Positions 39,995-50,352 are shown, counted from the first letter of the stretch. The stretch: DNA of 63,472 nt from a virus (IMGVR_UViG_3300045825_000308:1-63472); one strand, 5' to 3'. Numbers and translations are program-made. The notes: a model not told the origin generated them from the sequence alone.

Positions 39995-41080
39995 ATGACT
40001 GAAGAAACCACCACTCCTCCAATTAAGAAAAATCTATTTGGAAATCTTCTTAAGATTGAAGGATTTTATAAAGCATCTACAATAGTAGATGAGTTAAATG
40101 CCATCATCCCACAACGCAACACTCTTTATTCAACATCTCCATCTTTATCCTGGTTATCTGGTGGATTCATTCCTGGAATGATGTCTCTTTGGTATGGTCC
40201 AAAATCTTCTGGCAAGACAATGCTGACACTTGATTTAATTAAGAATGCCCTTAACCAAGAACCAGATGGCATTGTTGTTTATGTCGATGCTGAAATGTCT
40301 TTTGAAAAAGAGCCAACAATTAAATGGATGATAGCTAATGGAGTCGATGTTAGTAGGGTTATGCTCTTAAGAGAAATATGTATTAAAGAAATTTTTGATG
40401 TAAAAATTTTAAAAGATATTCAACTATCTATTAAAAATGATGGCACTAAAGTAATAGCCATTGTCTTAGATTCTGTTCAAGCAACATCTATGCATAATTT
40501 ACCCAACACTGATAAACAAATTCTTAATGCAGATTATGCAAAGCAAGATTTTGGTGCACGGGCAAATTATTTATCTAGAATTTTTCCACAACTTAGGGCA
40601 TTTTGCAGAAATTACAATGTGCATTTCTTTTTTATTGGTCAAGCACGATCAGGTGGAAAAGATTTTTACGGAAATGAAATTATCATAACTACGGGTGGCG
40701 AAGCCCTCCAGCATGAAATCCAATATAAATTTTTGATAACTCCAGATGGAGAGCCGATTTTTCATGAAACTGACAAAGATGCCGACGGAAAATTTATAAA
40801 AGTAGGACACCAAATAAAAATTGTGTGCTTAAAAAACAAGGTCTCGGAAGGCCAAGATAAAGTCGGGTGGGTTAAAATAAAATATATGCAAGGCATTGTT
40901 GATACTGAGAGTGAACTAGTTGATATCTGCACTAAGCTAAATATAGTTAATACCGCTGGAGCATGGTTATCGTATTCCGATAAAAAATGGAATGGCGCAG
41001 CTAAGATGGCAGAGTATTTAAAAGAAGATCAACTAATGTATCGTGAGCTTTATAATAAAATGCTATTTAGAATGGGTTAA
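39995..41080 (+). CDS. RecA/UvsX-like recombinase
   Basis: YGPKSSGKT; YVDAE; VLDSV; TGGEAL; KNKV; AGAWLSY. Confidence 0.9.
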   Translation: MTEETTTPPIKKNLFGNLLKIEGFYKASTIVDELNAIIPQRNTLYSTSPSLSWLSGGFIPGMMSLWYGPKSSGKTMLTLDLIKNALNQEPDGIVVYVDAEMSFEKEPTIKWMIANGVDVSRVMLLREICIKEIFDVKILKDIQLSIKNDGTKVIAIVLDSVQATSMHNLPNTDKQILNADYAKQDFGARANYLSRIFPQLRAFCRNYNVHFFFIGQARSGGKDFYGNEIIITTGGEALQHEIQYKFLITPDGEPIFHETDKDADGKFIKVGHQIKIVCLKNKVSEGQDKVGWVKIKYMQGIVDTESELVDICTKLNIVNTAGAWLSYSDKKWNGAAKMAEYLKEDQLMYRELYNKMLFRMG

Positions 41081-41082
41081 TT

Positions 41083-44000
41083 ATGAAAAAGTTATTTATA
41101 TGGATTTCAGATGTTCACCTTTCAATTAAAAATCTAACAGTATCAATCCAAGTATTAAGAGAATCTTTAGAATTAGCGAGGAACAGAAATGTTCCTCTTG
41201 TTATATCTGGAGACTTAAATGATGGAAAAGCAATCATGCGATCTGAATGGGTATCTGCTTTAATTAATTTGTTTGATGAGTTCGTTGATGTTAAGATTTA
41301 CGTCTTAACCGGAAATCACGACATGGATAATAAAAATTCTAATACTCATTCATTAGAATTTCTCAAACCAATTAGAAATGTTGTTATCATAGATAAACCA
41401 TCAGTTCATTATGTTTCAGGACATCCATTCTTTTGTATTCCTTATTGCATAAACACTGATGCTTTCAAAGATGCTCTTAATCAAGCACGGGCTAATGGAA
41501 TTACAAAGGTTATCGCCCATCAAGGTGTGCTCGGCGCGTCAATTGGCGACTATTTAGTTGATGAATCTTCTGTTAGTCCAGAAGAGTTTGCAGACTTTGA
41601 TATTGTTTTACTTGGTCACTACCATAAATTTCAAAGAAATCTAAATTATATTTACTGCGGCTCGCCATTCACAACAAATTTTTCAGAAGCTGATCAGATA
41701 AAGTTTATCCATGAAGTTGATATGGATGAGCCAACCGGTATTTTGCTTCTTGCTCATCATGAAACTAATGTCAGAAGACATGTTAAATATTTAATTGAAT
41801 CAGATGAAGACTTGTCAAAGATTAAGAATATTCCATGTTCACTTGCACAAGTTGTTATTAAAGGTGATAAAGCATTTATCAAAAAATATAGCGATATAAC
41901 TTTGATGAAACAATTATCTGGAGCAGAATCTATTTCTATCATACCAGAAATTAATCGTCAGTCAGAACATAGAATTTCTGCAGAGATTCTTCACTCCCCA
42001 CTAAAAGTTATTAATCACTATTTAGACGATGCTAAAACTATTTTAGATAAAGAAAAATTAAAAGATTATCTCTTTAACGCTGCTCAAGATTTATTAACCA
42101 GTTTTTCTTCCAACACATCTAAAAGTTTTAATATCACAAGAGCAACTGCTAAGAACTTTCTTTCTTTCCAAGAGTTAGATTTTACTTATTCTGCTATGGG
42201 ATTAACTTTAGTAGAGGGCTTTGATGAAGATAAAATGATAAATACCGGCGCTGGAAAATCAAGTTTCTTTGATGTAATAGTTTATGGATTGTTTGGACAG
42301 ACTTCAAAAGATATTAAAGCTGATGAAGTTATTAACAGAATTGCAAAGAAAGATTGTGAGATTGCTATTTATTTATCTGCTAATGATGGTGATTATATTC
42401 TATATAGATATAGAAAACATTCTAAGTTTGATAATGATTTGTTATTAGTTTTGCCAGATGGAAAAGAATTAAGAGGAAAAGACAATAGAGAAACTCAAAA
42501 ACTAATTGAACAAGAACTAGGTTGTAGTTGTGATTTATTTTTGAAGTCTTCTTACTTCACACAATTTGGTGCGATTGACAGATTTCTTTCAGCTTCTGAT
42601 ACTGAAAAGAAGAAACTCATTTCTGACATCACTGATCTATCTATCTATGATAACATACTAGAAAAGGTTAAAAGTGCTTTAAGATTGAATCTGGATGTCC
42701 TGAATGGCCAAGAAAAGGAACTTCTCAAGGTCCAGTCTTCTTATGATACAACTCATCATCATCTGGCACAAGATAAGGTTAACAAAGATCAATGGGAAAG
42801 TTCTCACAATATTAAGATAAACAATCTTAAGGTTAGTCTGAATAATTGGAATAATGATCGAGATGCCGAATTATTTAATGCGCGCAATCAAGAATTAGAA
42901 TATGAAGTTCAAAGACAAAAGAATATTGACTGGGCCTTAAAACTTTCTCAGGACTTTGATATAAAAATTGGACAAGAAGTTTTAGTTTTAGAAAAAGAAC
43001 TAGAAACTTTTGAACAAAGTAAAGCTTTAGCAATTCTAGCAATTGAAGAAAAGATTACACAAAATCATAATCACAGTTTAGAACTTAAGAAGCAGATTGA
43101 TCAATTAGAGCTTCAAAGAGGTTCAGAACAATTGTTGGCCGACTTATCAGAAGTTAATAAAAAATTAGATATGATTGAACAGCTTCAAGCTAAAGCAATG
43201 AAGATAGAGCATTCTGATATTGCTTTGATTGATTCTCAAATAAGAACTTTGCAAGGCAAAATAAAATTAGAAGAAGAAAAATTATCTGTTAATGCAAATA
43301 GCACTTGCCAAAGCTGTCATCAAGAAATTTCTCCATTCGCTATTAAAAATGTTATCTTTGATATGAATACTGATATTCAAGTTCTAGAGAAGCAAAGACT
43401 TCCTTTAGTTGAAAGTTTAAAAGATATCAGGGCAATGACAGAAAAGAAAGGAATAACTCTTGCGGCTAAAGAAACTATTCAAGATGCAATTGCTAAGTCA
43501 AGAGCTGTTGATGATGTGATCAGATCAAAGTCTAATGAAATGACGTCTCTTCATAATGCACACAAAAATCTTGTTGCACAAAAAGAAGAGAAAGAACTTC
43601 AAAAGTCTAATGCACCATATCAAATTACTATTGTTAGACAAAAAGTAAACCCTTCTTCCAAAGAGATTGAAACCCTTAAGACAGCTTTAAATCCATTCAC
43701 ACAGCAGATGGTTACTCTCCATAATCAGATAAATCCTTTTATAAATTCTATTAAGATTGAAGAGGAAACTATTAATCCTTTTATTAATTCTGTTAAGGAA
43801 AAGGAAAGCGATTTAGCTATTCAACAAACTAAAGTTGATGCAGCTCAATCTGATGTGAATAAAACTAGTCTAGACATTACATATGGCGAATGGTGGAAAC
43901 AAGCCCTGCACGTCTATATCAAGTCCTATTTAATGGATTCATGTCTTGACCAGATTAATGATTACACTAATGAATATCTGCAAACTCTTTTTGATGGCGT

Positions 44001-44382
44001 GCTTCAATTTAATATTACAGCTACAACAGAAGCTGGAAAAGATACTAAAGAGAAGATTGATATCTCTATTATAAATAATGGCGATGAATGTTCTTATCAG
44101 TCTTTATCAGGTGGAGAGCGTTGTCGGATTTGCTTAGCAGTAAATTTAGCACTGTCTCAGATAATATCTAAGACCAATGGTAAAAACTTTGGAATGATCT
44201 TCTTAGATGAAATCCTTAACGGATTAGATGAAGTTGGTAAAGCACAGTCAATGAAGTTATTAAAAGAGTTAGAAGAAAGATTTCAGTCAGTCTTCATAAT
44301 CGATCATGCGGAGGGCTTCCAATCATTATTCACTAACTCTATTATGATCAAGAAGAGGAACAAAGTATCATATATTGTATAA
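41083..44382 (+). CDS. fused SbcD(Mre11)-SbcC(Rad50) nuclease-ATPase
   Basis: SDVH, GD, GNHD, GHYH; then NFLS, GAGKSS, CQSC hook, LSGGE, FLDE in one ORF. Confidence 0.9.
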   Translation: MKKLFIWISDVHLSIKNLTVSIQVLRESLELARNRNVPLVISGDLNDGKAIMRSEWVSALINLFDEFVDVKIYVLTGNHDMDNKNSNTHSLEFLKPIRNVVIIDKPSVHYVSGHPFFCIPYCINTDAFKDALNQARANGITKVIAHQGVLGASIGDYLVDESSVSPEEFADFDIVLLGHYHKFQRNLNYIYCGSPFTTNFSEADQIKFIHEVDMDEPTGILLLAHHETNVRRHVKYLIESDEDLSKIKNIPCSLAQVVIKGDKAFIKKYSDITLMKQLSGAESISIIPEINRQSEHRISAEILHSPLKVINHYLDDAKTILDKEKLKDYLFNAAQDLLTSFSSNTSKSFNITRATAKNFLSFQELDFTYSAMGLTLVEGFDEDKMINTGAGKSSFFDVIVYGLFGQTSKDIKADEVINRIAKKDCEIAIYLSANDGDYILYRYRKHSKFDNDLLLVLPDGKELRGKDNRETQKLIEQELGCSCDLFLKSSYFTQFGAIDRFLSASDTEKKKLISDITDLSIYDNILEKVKSALRLNLDVLNGQEKELLKVQSSYDTTHHHLAQDKVNKDQWESSHNIKINNLKVSLNNWNNDRDAELFNARNQELEYEVQRQKNIDWALKLSQDFDIKIGQEVLVLEKELETFEQSKALAILAIEEKITQNHNHSLELKKQIDQLELQRGSEQLLADLSEVNKKLDMIEQLQAKAMKIEHSDIALIDSQIRTLQGKIKLEEEKLSVNANSTCQSCHQEISPFAIKNVIFDMNTDIQVLEKQRLPLVESLKDIRAMTEKKGITLAAKETIQDAIAKSRAVDDVIRSKSNEMTSLHNAHKNLVAQKEEKELQKSNAPYQITIVRQKVNPSSKEIETLKTALNPFTQQMVTLHNQINPFINSIKIEEETINPFINSVKEKESDLAIQQTKVDAAQSDVNKTSLDITYGEWWKQALHVYIKSYLMDSCLDQINDYTNEYLQTLFDGVLQFNITATTEAGKDTKEKIDISIINNGDECSYQSLSGGERCRICLAVNLALSQIISKTNGKNFGMIFLDEILNGLDEVGKAQSMKLLKELEERFQSVFIIDHAEGFQSLFTNSIMIKKRNKVSYIV

Positions 44383-44423
44383 ACAGTAAGAAAGATCTTA
44401 CTAATTCTTATAAGGAGATTACT

Positions 44424-44666
44424 ATGGAAAAGGCGTATGATTTAAAAGCTCTAGGGGAAAAAATTGTTGCTGGCGGATTGCCTGCACTAAAAGAAGTTGG
44501 AGAAGCTGAAGCTCTACATATCTATAAATCATTAAAAGAATGGTTAAAAGAATCTGCAGTTATCTCACCAACTCCGGTTGATAATGTTGTTATGTCTTTC
44601 ATTGACAATCTTGATAGTCTTGCTCTTCCGGCAATTGACAAGATCGATGGACAAAAAGATCTTTAA
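44424..44666 (+). CDS. small hypothetical protein
   Basis: AAGGAG RBS. Confidence 0.65.
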   Translation: MEKAYDLKALGEKIVAGGLPALKEVGEAEALHIYKSLKEWLKESAVISPTPVDNVVMSFIDNLDSLALPAIDKIDGQKDL

Positions 44667-44974
44667 TGAAAATCAATTGGATATCTATTAGAAATTCAAT
44701 TATAAAGTATCTTAAGGGCGAGTCGGTGAAACTTGCCTTTAAGACTTTGTTTAAGTCCGCTGCTTTCGGCGGCATTCGTTTATGGTTAGTCAAAACAATT
44801 GTTAATGAATTTTATGATGAAATCGGTGAACCAATTATTAAAGCAGCTTTTGTGCAAGCGGGCTATGAGTATAATAAGATTGAAGGAAATATTCTTGTTA
44901 AACGATTAGAGGAAGCTAAACATGAAAATAATCAAACTGCTTATGATAATGCTACTGACGATATTTTTAAATAG
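44666..44974 (+). CDS. hypothetical protein
   Basis: start overlaps the upstream stop (TAATG). Confidence 0.6.
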   Translation: MKINWISIRNSIIKYLKGESVKLAFKTLFKSAAFGGIRLWLVKTIVNEFYDEIGEPIIKAAFVQAGYEYNKIEGNILVKRLEEAKHENNQTAYDNATDDIFK

Positions 44975-45332
44975 TTGTAAGACTAAAATCATATGCGCTC
45001 AAATAAAATCTGCAGAAATTAAACCATTAAAACTTTGTGATATATCTTTTCAGTTTAAAAGATGCAGATGCAGATGTTTTGATATCAATAAATGGAACAC
45101 TCTTCCGATAAAACAATGCACAGAGCTTGCTGCTTATGCTGATGAGAATCCACAAAGCTTTACTCCTGAAAATATTGATCAATCGTTAGATAAAATATCT
45201 CAATCAGAATCGGTCAACCTTCCAATAGAATCATGCGATGCAATAGGCGGCTTTACATTAAATGATATGGCCAAAGAAATAATGCCTAATATTAAAAAAC
45301 TTAATGCTATTAAAGAAGATTATTGCCAATGA
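44922..45332 (+). CDS. Cys-rich lipoprotein (o-spanin candidate)
   Basis: MKIIKLLMIMLLTIFLNS-C lipobox; overlaps the upstream gene. Confidence 0.5.
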   Translation: MKIIKLLMIMLLTIFLNSCKTKIICAQIKSAEIKPLKLCDISFQFKRCRCRCFDINKWNTLPIKQCTELAAYADENPQSFTPENIDQSLDKISQSESVNLPIESCDAIGGFTLNDMAKEIMPNIKKLNAIKEDYCQ

Positions 45333-46045
45333 GAGTTCTAGCATTCGACTTATCTACTAAAACTGGTTGGGCATTATTCGATAATGAAAAGTTAATTTGT
45401 TATGGCCAATTGAAATCAGCAGTTGTTGGAGATGAGACTTCTTCAAACTATCCACAAAATTATATTGATATGGCAAATAAGATGGGGCAAGATGTTCGCA
45501 AGAATATTGAATCAGCTAAACCAGATTATATTGTCACTGAAGAAACTAATAAAGGAAAGAATAGATATTCACAAAAGCAATTGGAGTTTATTCATTTTGC
45601 TGTTAATACTCTATCGGATTTTAAAATTCATTATATGGATACTTCTGAATGGAGAAGTCTATTAGGAATTACTTTAGACAAAGAACAACGAAAAGATAAT
45701 CGCACAATCAATGGAGCTCGTGCTGAAGAATTTAGCAAAGCATATAATGCTTGTGCTGCTCAAGATTATTTAACTCTTCAGGTGGAGCTCTCAAGATGTA
45801 CAGGAAAGCGTGATCAGAATAAGGTTAAGAAAACATTTCATAACAAAGCAACCGTTGCAGCAAAGAAGATGATGAAGAGCTATAGATATAAAGAAGAAGG
45901 CAAAGTTGTTGGAAAGATAACCTGCAAAACTCTTTCTGTTAATTATGTTAACAAACGATTCTCTCTCCAACTAAAAATGAAAGATAACGATGTGGCTGAT
46001 TCAATATGTATTGGTCAAGCATTTATTGATAAGATGAAAGTATAA
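45323..46045 (+). CDS. RuvC-like Holliday junction resolvase
   Basis: LAFDLSTKTGWA; VTEE; DVADSICI. Confidence 0.75.
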   Translation: MPMRVLAFDLSTKTGWALFDNEKLICYGQLKSAVVGDETSSNYPQNYIDMANKMGQDVRKNIESAKPDYIVTEETNKGKNRYSQKQLEFIHFAVNTLSDFKIHYMDTSEWRSLLGITLDKEQRKDNRTINGARAEEFSKAYNACAAQDYLTLQVELSRCTGKRDQNKVKKTFHNKATVAAKKMMKSYRYKEEGKVVGKITCKTLSVNYVNKRFSLQLKMKDNDVADSICIGQAFIDKMKV

Positions 46046-46063
46046 TTTACACAGGAGAATATA

Positions 46064-46501
46064 ATGGAAAATGAAAAGCCAAAGAAAGTACAAAAGATGT
46101 TTGATAGTTTAGCTCTTGTCTTATCCAACCAATTAGCATCTATTCAGAGTAATAATAAAATCTGGCAAGATAAAGTTAATGATGATCTTGAAAAGTTTAA
46201 AAAGAAATATAATGAAATGCATGGACTTCTGTTAAGAAAGTTCTTAGTAGAATTGGAATCACGCGTTAGACTAGCAGAAATCAATTCTATTAGCTTAGTT
46301 AAATTATATGTCCACAAGTTTTATGAGTTAGAAAAAAGATTAGATCCCACTTTTAGTATGAGTTTCGAAGAATATTATCAAAGACTGTCTCATGATATTA
46401 CAACTGTAAGCGCGCAAGTAACTAAAGAAATGGAGAAAGAAGATGAGATGGCCATGGCAAAAACAACCGAAGATAGTGGAACAGAGGCAATCAAAGAATA
46501 A
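46064..46501 (+). CDS. hypothetical coiled-coil protein
   Basis: AGGAG RBS. Confidence 0.65.
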   Translation: MENEKPKKVQKMFDSLALVLSNQLASIQSNNKIWQDKVNDDLEKFKKKYNEMHGLLLRKFLVELESRVRLAEINSISLVKLYVHKFYELEKRLDPTFSMSFEEYYQRLSHDITTVSAQVTKEMEKEDEMAMAKTTEDSGTEAIKE

Positions 46502-46664
46502 AACATCTGTAACAGATGAAGAATGTAAAAAAGTTGGTAAGTTGATTGATGCAGTTATATATCCACAAATTAAGAAACAAATTGAAATTCTCAATAAACA
46601 TTTAGAGAAAGACGGTATACAGGCAGGAGTTGAGATTACTTGGATATTTGATCGATTAGAATAA
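46443..46664 (+). CDS. hypothetical protein
   Basis: fills the gap; GGAG upstream. Confidence 0.45.
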   Translation: MRWPWQKQPKIVEQRQSKNKTSVTDEECKKVGKLIDAVIYPQIKKQIEILNKHLEKDGIQAGVEITWIFDRLE

Positions 46665-46724
46665 TTATTACATTTTATTTTGTCTCGCAGTATAATTTAT
46701 TATAAGTTTATTAATGGAGACAAT

Positions 46725-47072
46725 ATGCAATCACAAACACTTTCATTTTCTAAAATTGAAAAATCAATTAGCAGAATTGATAATGATCTAAACTCTTTAT
46801 TAGAGAAGGTTACTTTTAAATTTGCCACTCATAATCAATCCGCTATCAAAGGCAAAATGATTGTGACAATCTTTTATGATGAAAAGCCTGGCAAAGTAAG
46901 AGCTAAAGCTTTTAAAGACCAGTCGCATAAAAATCTTGATCAGGTTGTTAATCATTTTATTTCTGATAAGAAAGTACAATTCGTTACACAAACTTTTATT
47001 GGTTCTAGCATCTACACGATTGTTTATTATGTAGCTGGAAAGAATGAAGATCAATCAACAGACCCAACTTAA
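46725..47072 (+). CDS. hypothetical protein with two short similar domains
   Basis: GGAG RBS before ATG 46725; IDNDLNSLL...VTIFY versus LDQVVNHFI...TIVYY. Confidence 0.55.
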   Translation: MQSQTLSFSKIEKSISRIDNDLNSLLEKVTFKFATHNQSAIKGKMIVTIFYDEKPGKVRAKAFKDQSHKNLDQVVNHFISDKKVQFVTQTFIGSSIYTIVYYVAGKNEDQSTDPT

Positions 47073-47090
47073 TCATCATTAGGATAATCA

Positions 47091-47672
47091 ATGAGCAGAA
47101 ATAAAACAAGGACTGTTTTATCTTCATTATCTAATGAGGAAAGAGATAGGCAGGGATTAGAAACAGAAAGGTTAATTAAGAATGAGATGTCTTATATAGT
47201 TAATCACTACATCTATCGCTATCAACATGCCGCAGCAAATACTTTAGGTTGGGACAAAGACGATCTTCTCCAATATATCAGAATGGTTCTTTACACTGGC
47301 GTTGTTACTTTCTCAATAGAGAAGAAAGTTAAAATGACTTCATATCTTTCTTCTATTCTTTATTATCAGATGGGAAATCTTTCTATTAAGATTCAAAATA
47401 AGAAGAATACTAATTCAAAATTAGTTATGGTTGAAACTATTTATGAATCAGAAGACATGATTGATTATACATCTTCTGAAGATTGGTTAGTCTATGCTAG
47501 AAAATTTGAGAATATTGTTAGCAAGTTAAGCAATACAGAACAAAAACTTCTAGTCTATCATTTAGTTTATGGTCATTCTATGAGAGAGTTGGAAGAAAAG
47601 ATTGGTGCACCTAAAATTGAAATAGTAAAAGCTTTAAAAACGTTGAAACATAAAATAGAGGACCTAAGATGA
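47091..47672 (+). CDS. sigma-70-like factor (regions 2 and 4)
   Basis: DKDDLLQ...KMTSYL; LSNTEQKLL...GHSMRELEEKIG HTH. Confidence 0.7.
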   Translation: MSRNKTRTVLSSLSNEERDRQGLETERLIKNEMSYIVNHYIYRYQHAAANTLGWDKDDLLQYIRMVLYTGVVTFSIEKKVKMTSYLSSILYYQMGNLSIKIQNKKNTNSKLVMVETIYESEDMIDYTSSEDWLVYARKFENIVSKLSNTEQKLLVYHLVYGHSMRELEEKIGAPKIEIVKALKTLKHKIEDLR

Positions 47673-47998
47673 AGAATCAAATTTATCTTTATAAAGATGA
47701 TAACAAAGCGATCGTTCTTTCCAAGGATCATTATCATGGAGTTGTTGTTCAAGTTGTCAGATTTATTGACCAGTTACAACCAGGACCTAATGGAGAATTG
47801 TACAATGTTAAAACCAATTCTGTTGTGTTTCAGGTATTAGTTCCGATAACAGAATTATTTAGAAATCAAACAGCAGAAGCCATTAAGAAATGTGAAGTGT
47901 ATTTGCAAGACATGACAGCAAAAGATAATGAGATTGATGGTCTACTTAATGATTATTATAGTGCTCATAAGGATTTAAATGAACCAGGACAACAATGA
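47669..47998 (+). CDS. hypothetical protein
   Basis: ATGA coupling; GAGG RBS. Confidence 0.6.
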   Translation: MKNQIYLYKDDNKAIVLSKDHYHGVVVQVVRFIDQLQPGPNGELYNVKTNSVVFQVLVPITELFRNQTAEAIKKCEVYLQDMTAKDNEIDGLLNDYYSAHKDLNEPGQQ

Positions 47999-48668
47999 AA
48001 TCTTAATAGATGTTGGTGAGCTTGATGAGGTATCTGACATACTTATTAAGAAAGAAGAAGAATCGTTATCTGAACGACTTAAACAAGATCCATTTTTTCA
48101 TAAGATGGTGAAAGAAATGTTAGTAGACTATGTGGCAAATAGTTTATCTCATCATTTATTATCAGAAAAATATCACATATCAGTTTACTTGGTTAAAAAA
48201 ATTGCTACACGATTTAAGTTTGAAAGTCGCAAAAAAGAATATGACAAGAAACTTCTTGACACTGTTTTAAGCAAAGCACAAAAACAGCAGACAGCAATCA
48301 TTGCAAAAATTACAATGGCTATTAATAATCAAGTTAATAGATTAATTAAAATGCAAGAAGATAATCCAGACTTCCTTATTTCAAGTAGTCATATGAAAGA
48401 TTTGATTGCATCATTAACTATCTTTAGTAAAGAATATAGATTAGATAATGATCAATTAACAGATTCTGTTGGATTTACTGTTAAGGTTGAATATCCCACA
48501 AACGTTCCAATCATTACAAATAACAATCAGCGACCAAAAGATATTGAAACAGAAGCTGAAGAGGTAAAAGAAATAGTTGCTGAAGAACAAAAGAAAGAAT
48601 CAATTCAATTAAATGAAGCAGAACCTTCTGTTAGTAATTCATCTTTCTTTGGATCAATACTAGAATGA
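47979..48668 (+). CDS. terminase small subunit (probable)
   Basis: HTH-like N-terminus; coupled to terL. Confidence 0.6.
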   Translation: MNQDNNEILIDVGELDEVSDILIKKEEESLSERLKQDPFFHKMVKEMLVDYVANSLSHHLLSEKYHISVYLVKKIATRFKFESRKKEYDKKLLDTVLSKAQKQQTAIIAKITMAINNQVNRLIKMQEDNPDFLISSSHMKDLIASLTIFSKEYRLDNDQLTDSVGFTVKVEYPTNVPIITNNNQRPKDIETEAEEVKEIVAEEQKKESIQLNEAEPSVSNSSFFGSILE

Positions 48669-50053
48669 AGCAAGCAGTATTCAAAATCAATTATCAAAAT
48701 CATGAAGGTCAAGAAGAAGTTCTTAAAGGCATCATGGCATCAGAAGCTGACGTAATTACGATTGACTGTTCTCGTGGTTGGGGTAAAACTTTATTCGCTG
48801 TCTGTGCCTTGGCCATTCCTCCAACTGTAAATATTCCACACTTTCAACTTTGTTGGATTGCACCAAACTATAAGATCGCAAAGTCTCCGATAGATGATGT
48901 GCTATTCGGTATTAACGAAGATACTGGTGAAAGATTTGTTAACGACATTTGTCCAGTCACTGGATTTAAGTTCTTTGAATATAAAAGAGGAGATAATGAA
49001 GTTCACTGGTGGAATAGTGCTAAGTGGTTTCTAAGGTCAGCAGATGCCCCAGATTCAATTGTATCGAAAGGATACAATATGATTATCATAGATGAGGCCG
49101 CACTGATTCAGAAAGACGTATGGCAAAAACAAATACTTCCTATTGCTCGTAAGAAGAATTGTAAGATTGTTCTAATCTCAACACCACGTGGTAGAAATTG
49201 GTTCTATCAATTATATTTAGATGGTCTAGACAAAGCTAAGAAACGATATTTCTCTGCTCAACAACCTTGGTGGAAGCGTCCAAACTATCCACAACTTCTT
49301 ATTGATCTAATGAAAGATCTTCCTAAACATATTAGAGAGCAAGAGTTCGAAGCTAAGTTTTTAGATGCTGGTGGTGGTATCTTTGGAAACTTTGCTAGCA
49401 TATTTTGGGGAGAAGAAATTCAATATGAATCTGATCATCAAGAGTGGTATCATAAAGACTGGAAGAAGATCGCCTTTTCCAAAGAGACTGTGCTTGGTGT
49501 AGACTTTGCAAAGAGTTTAGATTATACTGTTATGTCAATTCTAACATTAGATACTAAAGAACTTATCTATTACTATCGGATTAATAAACAAGATTATAAA
49601 AAGATATTAGAAAAAATTAATACTATTGGTGTTAGATTTAATTATCCTGATTTAATTTATGATGCGACTGGTGTTGGTTCTGGTCTTGGTGACTTCATCG
49701 GAACAACTTTAAATGTTCACCCATTTGTTTTTACCAATGAAACTAAAAATGAATTAGTTCATAATTTAGTTATTGCTTTTGAATATGCTCAGATAAAAAT
49801 TCCTAACATCTTAACAGTCAGAAATGAATTTGAAATCTTTGAGATGGGATTAACTAAGACTGGGAAGATTTCTTATAATGCTCCTGATGGAAAGCATGAT
49901 GACTGTATTATGTCGATTGGTCTCTGCAATTGGTTCATCGAGAACAATTCAAGCAAGTCTGAGATAGGTGAAGTCGAAGACATTCTAAACACTTACAAAG
50001 AAGCTAAGTCTTTTCTTGATGAAATGGATGAAGATGATTTAGATGATGCATAA
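48665..50053 (+). CDS. terL: terminase large subunit
   Basis: SRGWGKT; IIIDEAA; ISTPRGRNWFY; GVDFA; DATGVG; HDDCIMS. Confidence 0.92.
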   Translation: MKQAVFKINYQNHEGQEEVLKGIMASEADVITIDCSRGWGKTLFAVCALAIPPTVNIPHFQLCWIAPNYKIAKSPIDDVLFGINEDTGERFVNDICPVTGFKFFEYKRGDNEVHWWNSAKWFLRSADAPDSIVSKGYNMIIIDEAALIQKDVWQKQILPIARKKNCKIVLISTPRGRNWFYQLYLDGLDKAKKRYFSAQQPWWKRPNYPQLLIDLMKDLPKHIREQEFEAKFLDAGGGIFGNFASIFWGEEIQYESDHQEWYHKDWKKIAFSKETVLGVDFAKSLDYTVMSILTLDTKELIYYYRINKQDYKKILEKINTIGVRFNYPDLIYDATGVGSGLGDFIGTTLNVHPFVFTNETKNELVHNLVIAFEYAQIKIPNILTVRNEFEIFEMGLTKTGKISYNAPDGKHDDCIMSIGLCNWFIENNSSKSEIGEVEDILNTYKEAKSFLDEMDEDDLDDA

Positions 50054-50102
50054 CCTAAATACCTGATATTATTCAATAACGTAATATTTAAGTAGAAATG
50101 CT

Positions 50103-50131
50103 TTTACTTACTTGTCAGAACGTGATATAAT
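50103..50131 (+). promoter_or_regulatory. sigma-70-type promoter
   Basis: TTTACT-17 bp-TATAAT with extended TG, at the head of the accessory cluster. Confidence 0.6.
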
Positions 50132-50163
50132 GAATCATAAGCAACTTAAACAAAAGGTTATTT

Positions 50164-50352
50164 ATGAACAGATTAACACTCATTAGAATGATAACAGATT
50201 TAGAAATGTTCCGATTAGATGTTAAAATTGAATTAACTGGCAACAATGAAAGTGATTCAATGGAATCAGCACACAAAGCAATCCAATTAAATGAAGAAAT
50301 AGAAGCGCTCACAACTGTTATTAGAAATCTTAAAAAAAGAATAGGAGAATAA
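50164..50352 (+). CDS. small hypothetical protein
   Basis: AAGG RBS downstream of the promoter. Confidence 0.55.
   Translation: MNRLTLIRMITDLEMFRLDVKIELTGNNESDSMESAHKAIQLNEEIEALTTVIRNLKKRIGE

Noticed and set aside
45323-46045. TnpB/Cas12-like reading of the RuvC gene
   Set aside because: Too short, catalytic Asp at the extreme N-terminus, no zinc finger or adjacent RNA; fits a resolvase
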